The position numbers were made by a program, and so were the translations under genes. Shown here in pieces: positions 1 through 12,318 of a stretch of DNA of 64,000 bases; positions within the stretch are counted from its first letter, which is position 1, and each line of letters opens with the position of its first letter. Under the pieces are notes generated by a model that worked only from the letters and a program-made list of their open reading frames with translations, was not told the DNA's origin and did no database searches. The stretch comes from Haplodiscus bocki. Lineage: Eukaryota. The stretch spans positions 71,796,001 through 71,860,000 of the forward strand of contig OZ296656.1 in the NCBI GenBank assembly GCA_965655095.1, written 5' to 3'.

Positions 1-630
1 CCCATCTCAAAACTGTTGAAAGTTGAAAAGGAAAAATGGTGCCTATCCTCGGTCAGAAGACTGCATCCAAATTCAAGTCAAGATGTTTGATGTTTTTAGT
101 GAAATTCAATGTCCTTGATATCGGACACCTGATAAACGCTTCTGTCAAAATCTTGTGCACTTAAATTTGAGAGTATTTCATCTCTCAATTCGTCTTTTCT
201 TTGCTGATTCAGACTGATTCGAAAGCGAGCCAGAGGTTAAGATAAAAATTTTGTCGTTGGGACAAGAATAAATTCCAGGTAGGTAGAAGATTTTCTTGAG
301 AACATAATTTTTTTTTCAAGGACGAGTTTTCTGCAGTCAAAACAACTGAATCTGGACAAAAGTGGAGAGATCAATAAATTCTTCCGTTGGAGACAAATAG
401 ATAGGCTGTTTTGCTGAAAACCGCAATTGTATAACATAGGACAGCATTAAACCATTTGTTTAATTTTATCAGCCAATGGGAAGTCGATGCGATTATAATT
501 AGAAAAGGATTGATTTCAGACAGTAGTGGTTAAGTTTCGGGTGTATCTGATTGTTATTGACGTAGATACTTTTGTAGCTTCGGGGCTGTTCTTAGGAATT
601 GTTGCCGCGACTCGTCTTTTGCCTTTGTTT

Positions 631-1815
631 GAGATATAAGTAAACACTATGGAAACGATATGCAGTTTGATTTACTAAAATGCAGAAAGAGTTTTTAGGC
701 GAGCTGAGCAAAGCCTTTCCGCTCAAAAACACGTCAGAATGATTTCGTTCTTTTCCCGTCTGTGACACCCCTCTGCAATTCATCTCTTTAAAAAAAATTT
801 CTCGGCACCTATTGGAATTGTTCATCCTGTTTTTGCATAAACACCACGACGGGTTCACGATGTGTTGTCATCCAAAACTTCAGCCGCCAAATTTATTTTT
901 TGGTGAGTTATCATCGAAGAAAAGTCAATTTCCAGATTTTTTAGAGGGCAAAAGGTATTTTTTGGTGTCCTGTCTTTACAGTAGGCTTAGAAATGCTAAA
1001 GTTTTTGCACTGATTGAAGGAACACTATCCAATTGACCGTTATCCAGTATTGACTTTTATCAGAAGTTTTTATTAGGTAAGTTTTTGATGGAAAAAAGTT
1101 GAATTTTTTGAGTTTTTTCGAAACGGAATCGACATTCCTCATTGCCCACCGCGTTTCTTAAGTTTGACGCTCAATTTCTTCGAACGCATTTGCAAGATCC
1201 ATTTGTTTACTGTTTAGCTACATTGAAAACGTCGTAATTGCCCGGTGCTGAGATTTTCGGCAGCCGAAATTTTTCATCGGGCGAGTTTTAGGCAGAAATA
1301 ATTGTACACCCAGATTTTTTCAGATTGAAAGTGTTAATTTTTCTTACTTCTCTGCCCTAATATCCCATGTATGGCATTCCAATGCCATTTAAGCTATGGA
1401 ATATGGAACTTCGGTTGCATTTAGTTTTCGGCCGGAATTTTCTTGATGTTTCGACAAGATTTTGGCTGAAAATTTTCTGGAAAAAACAAAATTTTCGAAA
1501 AAAGTTTTTGCATTGTCTAGAGGTCAGCGTGTTCAGCAGTCCTCGAAACTATGCATATTACTTGAATTTTAGAACAGATTCATCAATGTTTTCAATAGCG
1601 ATGTTTTGATACAAGTTACGACTCAGAACGAAAAATTAGGTTCAACATGTCCACTGGATTATCTGGTGAAACATTGGCGGGCTTTTCAGGGTACGCGCGA
1701 TCGTAGAAAGGTGAACTGGTCAAGGAAATCTCTAGATGTATATCATTTCTTTCAATTGCTTTTGCCCTTTGCGATAATTTACTACGACATTCCTCACCTG
1801 GAAAATTGCCTCAAG
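631..1815 (+). repeat. Copy 1 of an unclassified ~1.6-kb repeat unit (partial)
   Basis: Near-identical to 5577-6860 (shared ORF-track peptides 1367-1609 vs 6314-6556 and 812-1036 vs 5780-5983). Lacks the ~90-bp segment 6580-6673. Confidence 0.9.
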
Positions 1816-1924
1816 TGTTTTAATATAGCATGAAGTCAAACAGTATCCACATAAGCAACAGAATTGCAGACATAGTAGTAGCCTCAAAAACTATCCACAG
1901 ACGTCACATGTAGTCCGAGTTGTA

Positions 1925-2400
1925 ATGTTTTTTCGCTGCTTTCCTGGAAAAAATCCGTTCAGAATTCCTCTTAGTGCCGAAAAGGGACTCTATCGTGACA
2001 CAATGCCAACATCGGGTTTCCGCCAAAATAACACAATGATTCCCTGCTCGGAAATTCTGATAAATTGCAGTTGGCCCGAGTTTTTGAAGACAATGGCGGC
2101 AGCTCCGATAGTTTAATACAAAACACCTCGTCGCAAACAATTGAAACGACCAGACGATTACATACCCTGTTTCAATACCTTGCCGGTTTAAAGCTTATCG
2201 TAACACATATGCGGAAACCGTTTCTCGGGTTCCGCGGTCTACAGCCTATCTTTATAAATTGACTGGCCGCAGCCCTCACAGTCTGATGGGCTTGCTCTGT
2301 TACCACTAATGCTGTTGAGAGCCCAACCGTTGAATCCCTCAAATCTTACTTTGACATGGTTTGGCGGAGCAGAAAAATTGACCACAGCAAAATCAACTAA
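1925..2400 (+). pseudogene. Possible decayed Argonaute-like (ArgoL1/PAZ-entry) fragment
   Basis: Co-linear peptides FFRC..LSAEKGLYRDTMPT, WPEFLK, LFQYLAGLKLIVTH and ESLKSYF resemble Argonaute motifs (FF..LEAWKGFYQSVRPT, GLKVEVTH, SVAEYF). One frameshift and several stops. Confidence 0.3.
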
Positions 2401-2459
2401 TGAAGATGGTAAACACTTACAAGCTGGTGTCAACGAGGCACCTGCCTGGAATGAGAACA

Positions 2460-2755
2460 CGTGAACGTGAACTAACTCAACTGAACTGAACTGAACTGAA
2501 CTGAACTGAACTGAACTGAACTGAACTGAACTGAACTGAACTGAACTGAACTCAACTGACTTATATTAGGAGCGCTCCAAACGCTGCGCAGGAAAGTCTC
2601 GCTCCTCACGCCCTTGATCTCCAGTTGAAAGGTATGCAAGGAAAGGTGTCGTCCTGGAAATACTGTACGTCCAATCATCCAGCAAAACGCAGCTTGGTAT
2701 GAGTTGAAGCCAGATCCAGAGAGGAGGCAAGCCACATTCTGAGGAAGTGATGATA
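2460..2755 (-). mobile_element. 5'-truncated LINE 3' end with (TTCAG)n tail
   Basis: Minus strand encodes SLPQNVA..FNSYQ (like the WNSLP..SFK C-terminal motif of CR1/L2 ORF2), then a short UTR and a simple-repeat tail. Confidence 0.55.
2481..2550 (+). repeat. (CTGAA)14 microsatellite
   Basis: 14 perfect units read directly, with degenerate units on both sides. Confidence 0.98.
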
Positions 2756-5576
2756 CTATGAAAAAAATTGGTTTTCGTTAGAAGGAAAGTCGCCTCAGAA
2801 GAAATGCACTTTTTTCCATTAACTTTCCTTAGAAAGAGGGTTTATTGCCCCAAAAGATGCTCGACGTGAAAAAGATGGTTTTCACGATTTTCTTCACTCT
2901 TCGTGGAACTCTTTGGTGCTGCAGGCCAGCACTACTGGCTGGAGGAAGAAGTGCTTTTATAAAAAAAAATTTTTGACACTTTTGGCAGACATTATTGTTT
3001 TTTTTTCGAGACTCCCTCTTTTCCAGGAAAACAACATGTGTAGATTTTCCGCTGGAATCAGGTTTATCTGGCAGATTCTCGCCAAATTGCCCAATGTTCC
3101 TTGGGCGACAATATTAAAGTTTAATTTTCCAATATTCTGACTAAAAACAAATGTGGGGCAATTTTTGACAGTCGTGGAAATTTCACAATTCCCACACCAA
3201 GCAAAACATTACTTTCGTTTATGCATCCCGGAGGGTCCTCGGGAAGTGTTTGTTGGTGTAAGAGATGCAAAATTACAAATTCATCAGGGAAGGTCTCCTA
3301 TTACTAACATATTTTAGGCAGCAAAAACCACTGAGGCAAAAAAAAATGGTAACCAATTGAAACTAGAATGTAAATCAAAATATTTGGAGTTCAGTCAGCA
3401 ATAAACATCCGAATAGGTACAATGCTTGGTGGAGAAAATGGGCGGTATTGATTTTTTCGTCGGCATCACAAAATCTGCGACAAAAAAAAGTTAGTAGAAA
3501 CATGGGCTTAACAGCGTTTTAATTGAATTTTGAGGAAGTTTGCCATATACGAACAAATATTTAACATCGTCTCAAAATGGGAGTCTGTTGCCAGCCAAAG
3601 AACTTTAGGTAATGCAATTTATGCAGAAATTGTTGTCACTGGGGAATAACGTTATGAAGTCTTTCTTCGGGACTAGCGAAAGCAATAGATAGACCATTGC
3701 AAGACTTTGGTTAGTTCGGTTTGAATCAGGAGCCAGTAGGAAGCAGACGTAACTCCTGAGGAGATGATGATACCTAAAAACCATCAACCTTCGTTAACAG
3801 AAAAAGTTCTCGGAAGAAACGGTTTTTCTCTCAAAACATTCACTTTTCATTGTGTTCTGCGCAATTTCGGTCGGGACAATAGAAGCCGAATGATTTTTTT
3901 AGATCTCGTTTATTCAGTCTAACTGTTTCTGAAGCAGTGCTCGAAGGTATCCTTGCTCCAAAACAACGAAGAAGCGTTATTTTTTCCAGTTTTTCACGTT
4001 GTTTCAGAAATTGTCAAAAACGGCGAGTCCGGTCACTTCTTAGGTTGAACCAGGCACATGTATACCCAGAGCTAGCATGAGATCCGAGATATTGGTTCTT
4101 CGGTTTTTCTTCTCGGTTTCAAGAAACCTTGGGCGTTGCACAATCTGAGAAAACATTTCCTCCAACTGCTTTGAAGCAATCCCATGATGAGCAAAGAACG
4201 CTAAAATTGCACGCCGTACTTGCCAACACTATTATTTCAAACCTAAAGACTCCGTTGTAAACTTTTTCTTCAGTCAAATGAGGATTAGGCAAAAGAACAC
4301 TTACCTGGCGTTCATTGCAATAAATCTTCTCAAACAAAATTTCTGTCAATCAACGCTGAACCCTCAATTTTATGTTAGATTGCTACACTGACCCACGCAA
4401 AACAAAACGGGGAACTATGAGAAAGGTTAACATTTCAAGAAACAACCAGAAATTACCGTGAGTTCTTTGTTAATCTGTCGGGGACAAACATTCAAACCCC
4501 TCAAAAAAACAACGCAAGCACCACAATGTTTTCCGGCGATATTTGTGTAAAACAAGCTTAATGCTGAAGTTGCTAACCATTGGAAAACTGGTTAGCTTAC
4601 TCAAAAACTCGAGAAAACGAGAAAAAAAACATATTCTGATGATGTTCATAACCAAAGAGACGAAGGAAAACTGGTGATATTCCATGACTTATGAAAGTTT
4701 TTACCGGTCTCAAGACGTTCAACGAAAGTTCAAAGCGAATTCAATCAAAACATTTCCGGGCATTTTTCGATTTCAAAAATTGAGAAAACAATAATTTGAA
4801 GCTTTTGACATATTCTCGAACATTTTTTGCGGAAACTCCGCCGAGAGATGACAAAGAAGGAAACCTGACACACTATAATATCTACGTGGCTATTAAAACT
4901 TAGATATTGATTAGTTCAATCCATCCAATGTACTTGGACGCCGTGGATGTGTGACAGTTTCAGAAAACCTGAATTTTCCGACACTTTAAGAAAACAAACC
5001 CTGCGAAGACTCAATGGAAAGGAAACATCGATGGAAGTATTGACGCGCCAAGTTTCGACTTTTCCCCAGGCAGTTGGTCAGCAAGTGAATGAATTCAACG
5101 CAGGTACTTGGATGCCTTTTAAATGGCGACCTTGCCGGAAAACATGAAACTTTCCTTTTCTCGGAAGTTTTTTTCGCAAAAACAGCACCGAGAGTAAGGA
5201 GCCTAGAGACTTCTGCTGTATATTAAGCGGTTGATATTGATGAACCAGTGAAACTCCAAGCAAACTTGGTGTCCATGGAAAAAATCTAGCGGTGATCATA
5301 TCTACCTCAACAGATTGAACTCTATCAGTTTTGATCCATGGATTTTCATTCACTCAAATGAAATTTTTAGATGAATTTCCGAAAGGTGCTGTAATAAAAC
5401 CTTTCTCTTTTTAATTTTATGCTACTATAGGGATAACTACATGCCCTAGAAGTACATATTCACATATTTGAACGTTGATAACATTTTGTCCTGAAGATTG
5501 AGAAAAACTCTTCTTGACTCGTTGTATAATGCTGATGGAGTCCCTAAACGGCTCTATTTGTTCCTATCTGTCTTTT

Positions 5577-8500
5577 AGATATAAGTAAACACTATGGAAA
5601 CGATATGCAGTATGATTTAATAAAATGCAGAAGGAGTTTTTAGGCGAGCTGAGCAAAGCCTTTCCGCTCAAAAACACGTCAAAATGATTTCGTTTTTTTT
5701 CCCGTCCGTGACACCCTTCTGCAATTCATCTTTTTAAATTTAATTTTCTTGGCACCTACTGGAACCATTCATCCTGTTTTTGCATAAACACCACGACGGG
5801 TTCACGATGTGTTGTCTTCCAAAACTTCAGCCGCCAAATTTTCTTTTCGGCGAGTTATCATCGAAGAAAAATCAATTTCCAGGTTTTTTAGAGGACAAAA
5901 GGTATTTTTTGGAGTCCTGTCTTTACAGTAGGCTTAGAAATACTAAAGTTTTTGCACTGATTGAAGGAACATTATCCAATTGATCGTTATCCAGTATTGA
6001 CTTTTATCAGAAGTTTTTATTTGGTAAGTTTTTGATGGAAAAAAGTTGAATTTTTTGAGTTTTTTCGAAACAGATTCGACATTCCTCATTGCCCACCGCG
6101 TTTCTTAAGTTTGACGCTCAATTTCTTCGAACGCATTTGCAAGATCCATTTGTTTACTGTTTAGCTACATTGAAAACGTCGTAATTGCCCGGTGCTGAGA
6201 TTTTCGGCATCCGAAATTTTTCATCGGGCGAGTTTTAGGCAAAAATAATTGTACACCCAGATTTTTTCAGATTGAAAGTGTTAATTTTTCTTACTTCTCT
6301 GCCCTAATATCCCATGTATGGCATTCCAATGCCATTTAAGCTATGGAATATGGAACTTCGGTTGCATTTAGTTTTCGGCCGGAATTTTCTTGATGTTTCG
6401 ACAAGATGTTGGCTGAAAATTTTCTGGAAAAAACAAAATTTTCCAAAAAAGTTTTTGCATTGTCTAGAGGTCAGCGTGTTCAGCAGTCCTCGAAACTATG
6501 CATATTACTTGAATTTTAGAACAGATTCATCAATGTTTTCAATAGCGATGTTTTGATACAAGTTACGACTCAGAACGAACTTTTCTTGAGAATTTTTTGC
6601 TGAAAATCATCAAAACATAGGTTTCCTGAAGAGATCTAAAGACTTTTTATCCTGTTGTACAAACAATTAGAGTAAAATTAGGTTCAACATGTCCACTGGA
6701 TTATCTGGAGAAACATTGGCGGGCTTTTCAGGGTACGCGCGATCGTAGAAAGGTGAACTGGTCAAGGAAATCTCTAGATGTATATCATTTCTTTCAATTG
6801 CTTTTGCCCTTTGCGATAATTCTACTACGACATTCCTCATCTGGAAAATTGCCTCAAGTGTGTGTCTCCAAACAATACTCAGCATCTCCAGAGTGCCCAG
6901 GTAACTTCTGGGTCGCAAGAAAAATCTTCTTGTTGAATTTTCTGACAAAATTTTGGAGAAATCATCGCTTTTCTTGAAGATTTTTTGTTTCCAGATTCGT
7001 AATAACAGCCTAGCTGTCATTTTTTTGGACCTTGCTGATCTGAAACGGCAAATTGCAAACACCGGCTGGATTTTGAGATGACAAAATTTGCTTTTTCAGC
7101 TAAATTATGATTCAATTCAGGATAGTTGCCCTGAAAATCCGCTGACTTGTCATGGTTGATCTCTGCCTGACCTCTACAGTTTTTGCTACATGCTCTCTGG
7201 CATTGCATTGGCTTGCGGTCAGCAATGAATTCCAGAGGCTGAGTGTCTTGGCAAGCCTTGTCCTAAGCACTTTAGTCTCCTAAGCACTCTTTCACTCCCA
7301 AAAGCCTAATAAAAAAGAATTCGTTTTTTTTTGTTGTCCGTCACATCCCTTTGCGTTTCATGTTTTTAATTCTAATCTTCTTGACACCTACTGGTCGCAT
7401 TTAACCGTTCTCCTATAAACGCTACGACGGGTTCACGATCTAACGTTTTGCAATTTCTTGGCCGTTTTTTGGGCGAGTTTTTAGCGGAAAAGTTCGATTT
7501 TCGTATTTTTGAGTGCACAGGTTCTATTTTTGAGTCCTGTCTTTATTGTCAGCTTTGAAGTGGTGTCGTTTTTGTACTAATCGATGGAAGATTGTTCAAT
7601 TGAGCGGCGCGTTGAGAAAGAGTTTGCCAGAAAAGCTTTTCTGCCAGTTTTTGTCCAAAAAATTTCAAAACTTTAAATTCTTTCGAAAGACGTTTGACAT
7701 TCACCACTGCCCATTGAGTATCTCAACTTTTGAAGTTTTTCCAATAAAAGTATTGGGACGATCCATCTGCTTTTTCCTTACCCGCCTTGGCAACAATATA
7801 ATTGACCGTGGTTGAAGGATTTGGAAGCCGAAATTTTTCTGCCGACGAGTTTTTGCCAAAATTAAATGAAAACCGAGATTTTTCAGGGGGCAAGTGTGAC
7901 TCTGTCACAGTTCTCCGGCCTAACATCCCATGTATGGCCTTAAAGTACTGGTTAACTGATAGAATCTGAAGCGCTAGTTGCATTAATCTCTACCCGTTAC
8001 CTGTCTAGTTTTTCACATTTTTTGGACCGAAGTTTTTTCGTGGAAAAAACATGAATTTTCTAAAAACATCTGCTTTATGTCGACTTCAGCTCGTTTAGCA
8101 TCCCTGAAAAGGTTTCATGACACCTGATTTGAGGAACGGATCAACCAGTGAGTACAGCAAGGAGTTCGGTTGCATGTTTCGACTGTGCGTGAATTTCTCT
8201 CATGGGATTTTCGCCGAAAATCGTCAAAAAAAAGGTTTTTTTAAACTTTACCGACTATTCCATAAGTTTTTATCCAGCTGCACGAAAAATAGAAGTGAAC
8301 TTGGCTTCATGATTCCCACCGGATTGCCTGGAGAAGCAGTTTAGAACATTTGAGATTTGAGCGAACGCTCGGTCGTAGATGGTTTGGCGTTTGACCTAGG
8401 TACTGTTTATATGTGGAACCGTTTTTTTCAATAGTTTTTGGCCTTTGTAAAAATTTACGACTTTCATCATCTAGAAAAATGCCACGAGCGTCTGTCGCGT

Positions 8501-8910
8501 AATGACCCTAAACGTCTCTTCAGTCCCCATAGTACCTTGGCTTTGCGTGAAATTTTTTTCAGTCGAGTATTCTGATAATTTTTATCGAGGAAACACGACC
8601 TTCTTTGAACAATTTTTGTTCCCAGATTCGTATTTTTTCAACAGCGCAGTTGTCAACGTCTGTAACTTTGTTGCTCTGAGACGACATTTGCCAAACAGCG
8701 GCTGGCTTTCACTGACTTCTGAAATAAGAGATTTTTTTGGTAACTTATGTTTGAAATTAGGATACGTACCTTAAACCTCCGCCGTTATCTCATGGTTGTT
8801 CTCTGCCTTATCTCCGTATGTTGGTACATGCTCTCTGGCATTGCATAAACACTTGGTCTGCAACGTAATCAAGTGGTTGAGTTCTTTCGTGAGCTTTGCG
8901 CTGAGCACCT
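5577..8910 (+). repeat. Two head-to-tail diverged copies of the ~1.6-kb unit (~5630-7240 and ~7240-8880)
   Basis: Shared landmarks recur at ~1.63-kb spacing: acgacgggttcacgat (5793/7424), cccatgtatggc (6311/7927), catgctctctggcattgcat (7189/8828). Confidence 0.75.
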
Positions 8911-10048
8911 TAAAGTCTGAGTTTGTTTTTGATCTTGACTGACCGATAATGAGTTCTGAGAAAGTCGTAAGGTGTTCCTCGCTTATCGTGATTCGTTGTT
9001 ATGCAAAATTGATGAGACTATATATGCAACTTGCAATATCATCTTATCAACCGAAACTCGATGAGACATTAGCGAGCGTTGATCTCTCGAAAGTTTTTGT
9101 AATATTAGTAGTCAGTTGGCTGGATTTTTGCAGCTTCCTTTTTTCTTGGGATTCCAGATTACGTCGTTTTGATAATACAGCGAGTTCAATATCGAGCTGC
9201 TCGTCTTTTTGATTATGTTTGGTAAATACACTGACGCACGATCAATGTTACAGAAGCTACACTGGCTAACCGCAGGTGATCGATTAATTTACTGTTTATG
9301 TGCCTTCGTGTTCTCTATCTTTCTTCGGCTACAGCATGCTGCTAGCGTAAGTAAGTATTTCATCAGGTAACGTGGCTCCAGTTACGCTAATCGGCGTGCG
9401 AACTCTTTGCTTCTTGATGAACTCAGGACTACAAACAGTTGCGGAGACAGGGCTTTCTAACTATCTGGTGCATTTCTTTGGAATGCAATACCTGGTATCC
9501 TAAAACATGAAAAGAGAATGGTTTTGAAAGAGAACTGAAATTTCATCTTTATTGAGTGATGACCATTCTGTTTTCTAAAAGGAGGAACTACAATCAATCA
9601 ATTAAAAATTTTTTGTCTGCTGACACCTAACTAGGAATTGTTTTTACTGCTAATATGGAGGCATCTTCAACCTGAACTAATTATTCAAAGGTTCCATATC
9701 GTGGTTCAGAAGATGAAAAAAGTGTTTCATAACTCCGAAAAATTATTTGGATGTTTTTTTAAGGAAACAATAGCTAAATTTTGTCAGAATCTTTCCGATT
9801 CATAAGCCTTTCGGTAATACGAAATTTAGTTGTCTTAGTTTTTCTCAAGTAAGGTTTAAATTTTCATTACAGAACCCAGGACTACAAAGAGTTGCGGAGA
9901 CTTTCTAGACATTCAGTGCCTTTTTTGGAATGCACTACCTGATATCCGTTACAAGTCCATATTTAGGCTAATTTCAATATAAGGATAGCAAGCCCACTTA
10001 CGCACTTCTTTGGTACCAAGATTTTAGTTCCATTTTTTCAAGATTGCT

Positions 10049-10495
10049 ATGAAAGTGAAAGAAGAACCAGTCAGCCCGAGATCAAGTCCAGATACAACAA
10101 CAAACCGATCATCAAGTCGCAAACGGCCCAAATACAAAGGAAGTCATAGCAGTGAATCGCCAAGATATAGGAAGCATGGTGAAAATGTTAAGCGGGCACG
10201 TCATGAACGGCTTTTGAATAGAAAACGGGAACATGTTCTTGCCACAAAGATCAAAAAAGAGGATCTTTCTGATGGAGAATATGAGGAGCCAGCGAGATTG
10301 CGTTGGGGTCCGTCGGATATCAACCCAAATTACATAAAGAGCGAAGAAAAACCTAAGCGCAAAGAGAGACCAAACTTGGGACTTTCTGGTGCTCTAACAA
10401 AAGAAACAAATATGTACCGGGGTGTCCTAATCAATTACAGCGAACCCCCTGAAGCGAAGGTTCCGAAGAAACGTTGGAGAGTGTACCCTTTTAAG
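10049..10495 (+). CDS. SNIP1: Smad nuclear-interacting protein 1 / RES-complex FHA protein, coding exon 1 (149 codons)
   Basis: KERPNLGLSGALTKETNMYRGVLINYSEPPEAKVPKKRWRVYPFK matches the SNIP1 pre-FHA region. Phase-0 donor AAG|GTGTGT at 10495/10496. Upstream ttttttcaag could be the acceptor of a 5' UTR exon. Confidence 0.93.
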
Positions 10496-10567
10496 GTGTG
10501 TTTGTTTATTTTAACTTATAAAAAACTTATTAAACTTATTGAAAAACTTATTAAATAGTTTCATATC

Positions 10568-11433
10568 ATGAATGCTCGAACAATGAACACCAGACGGGGG
10601 ATCAGTGAAAGTGGACCCTCCCAGTGCTCCAAATGTTCGACAGATGTGAATGAGACGGACAACTGTATCCTGTGTGACAAGTGTGGATGCTGGATTCACG
10701 TCCGATGTACCAGCATACCCGCTGAAGCACTGAATGTCTTGGAACTTGATGGTGTCTTCTGGTTATGCGAGCCCTGCAGCAAGACCATGAAGAAGCTGAC
10801 AAAATTGAACACCTCACGCCGAATTCTGAGCAGAAGTGGAAGTGAGCCCGACTGAGATAAAGACTGCGATCTCCAATTTACAAGCTAAATCCCCTTCTGT
10901 AAATTTATCACCTGAAAACAATTCTAAACACTCCGACGTTGAACTAAATAGCAAACTAGATATGGAATTTACTATTTCTGCTGTACCTAAGTATGTCAGT
11001 CCTAATATGAATACGAAACCAAAATACGGTGATGTTGTGATGTATGAGAACGAAAATGTTGGTGAAATACTCAAAAGTCTGGGTGACGATAAATCATCTA
11101 TTACCAATATCCGTCGTTTGGGGAAATTTAATCTTGATAACCACATACGTCGATCTTTACTTGTTACCTTCAATAATCCTTGGGTTGTTCATCCCGTACA
11201 TATCGATAGAAAGAATACGAGACAAACAAAACGAATGTCTCTCTTAATCGATCTCTATCGAAAGAAGATCAACAAAAAAGATTGTCTTAGCAAACGATGG
11301 AAATTGATCTGCGAAGAGAACTATGATAAGTCAAAATTTAGAATAATCAATCTGAAGTGATTCTACAACGGTAACGAAATCTCGACGAAGGAAAACACAA
11401 GCCTAATTGTTGTGATAAACTTATTAAACAGAT
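10568..11433 (+). mobile_element. 5' part (PHD-finger ORF1, frameshifted) of an older CR1/L2-superfamily LINE
   Basis: CSKC..CILCDKCGCWIHVRC..WLCEPC PHD finger. After a frameshift near 10850 come IRRLGKF..RSLLVTF motifs typical of CR1-type ORF1. Confidence 0.8.
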
Positions 11434-11550
11434 TTTTCCCTTCCTTTTTCACCGCGTTGTTTGTTTATAGATAAATTGCGCGCTAGAGCCTGGACTTATT
11501 CTTCTATCCCAAGTCCCGTCGCTCTAGCCGTAGACGGGTGAAGTCTGCTT

Positions 11551-12162
11551 ATGGTGTTTAGACTGATTGGTGCCAGCTCTTTGAGAAACTGCAAGACAGC
11601 TTTTCGATCAGAGACTCTTTTCAGTCGCATCGACGCCGAGGGAGGCCTTTCCTTCAACCCTCGAAGCAAGTGCAAACTTGCCCAAGAGTGGCTCCAAGGA
11701 GAACTTACTGGAGCAAGTGGATTGGTTATCTGGCACGACGCTGTCAATAATACAATCAACAGCCACGAAAAAAACGACTTCCAACCGTGTCCCATTGTAG
11801 AGTTTATCCAAACCTTAGTATCGCTGAGATCACGCATCACAGCAATAGTTTACATACAACGAAACGACACTGATAACGTGTTGACAGCACTCAACGAAAC
11901 CGGCATTGACATCATCGACATCGAATCGAAGGTTGACTTGACGGACAAAGAATTCGAATCTGACCTCCGTAAAGTCCATCCAAAAGTTACAACGGAATTG
12001 AAGGTATTGCAAGCCGTTACAGACCAGATTAAAGAAGTGCTATCATCCAACATCACAGTTGCCCAACAGGTGAAGAAGAAAAAGAACAACCGGCCAAATC
12101 AGCGACAGCGACAACGCTTCCAGAAAAGAAACGCAGGTAGTCCTCTAATTCGAGCTCTCTGA
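11551..12162 (+). CDS. SGNH/GDSL esterase-like protein with basic C-terminal tail (LINE accessory ORF)
   Basis: Intact ATG-TGA ORF, 203 aa. LIGASS (block I-like), GGLS (II), VIWHDAVNN (III), DLRKVHP (V), then KKKKNNRPNQRQRQRFQKR. Confidence 0.6.
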   Translation: MVFRLIGASSLRNCKTAFRSETLFSRIDAEGGLSFNPRSKCKLAQEWLQGELTGASGLVIWHDAVNNTINSHEKNDFQPCPIVEFIQTLVSLRSRITAIVYIQRNDTDNVLTALNETGIDIIDIESKVDLTDKEFESDLRKVHPKVTTELKVLQAVTDQIKEVLSSNITVAQQVKKKKNNRPNQRQRQRFQKRNAGSPLIRAL

Positions 12163-12283
12163 TCTCCTCAGTGCCTCGAGAGAAGGATCTCTGTTGGCGC
12201 GAGCTTGCTCAGTGCCTCGGGTCTGATCTCTGTTGGCGCGAGCTTGCTCAGTGCCTCGGGTTCCTGATCTCTGTTGGCGCGAG
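12159..12283 (+). repeat. ~39-bp tandem repeat (~3 units) between the esterase ORF and ORF1
   Basis: Unit gatctctgttggcgcgagcttgctcagtgcctcgggt(t/c)ct read directly. Confidence 0.92.
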
Positions 12284-12318
12284 AAGAATCTCCTAGCAAT
12301 TCTGACCTCCGCCATAAT

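Noticed and set aside
8940-9250. Coiled-coil-like peptide on the minus strand
   Set aside because: Interrupted by stops, with no recognisable family or splice support.
10544-11428. AAACTTATTAAA pair as a TSD around the PHD ORF
   Set aside because: Low-complexity and locally repeated. The ORF is better explained as ORF1 of the LINE that continues at 16289.
12159-12283. CRISPR-like interpretation of this and the other short repeat arrays
   Set aside because: Units are contiguous without unique spacers, there are no cas genes, and the context is eukaryotic.
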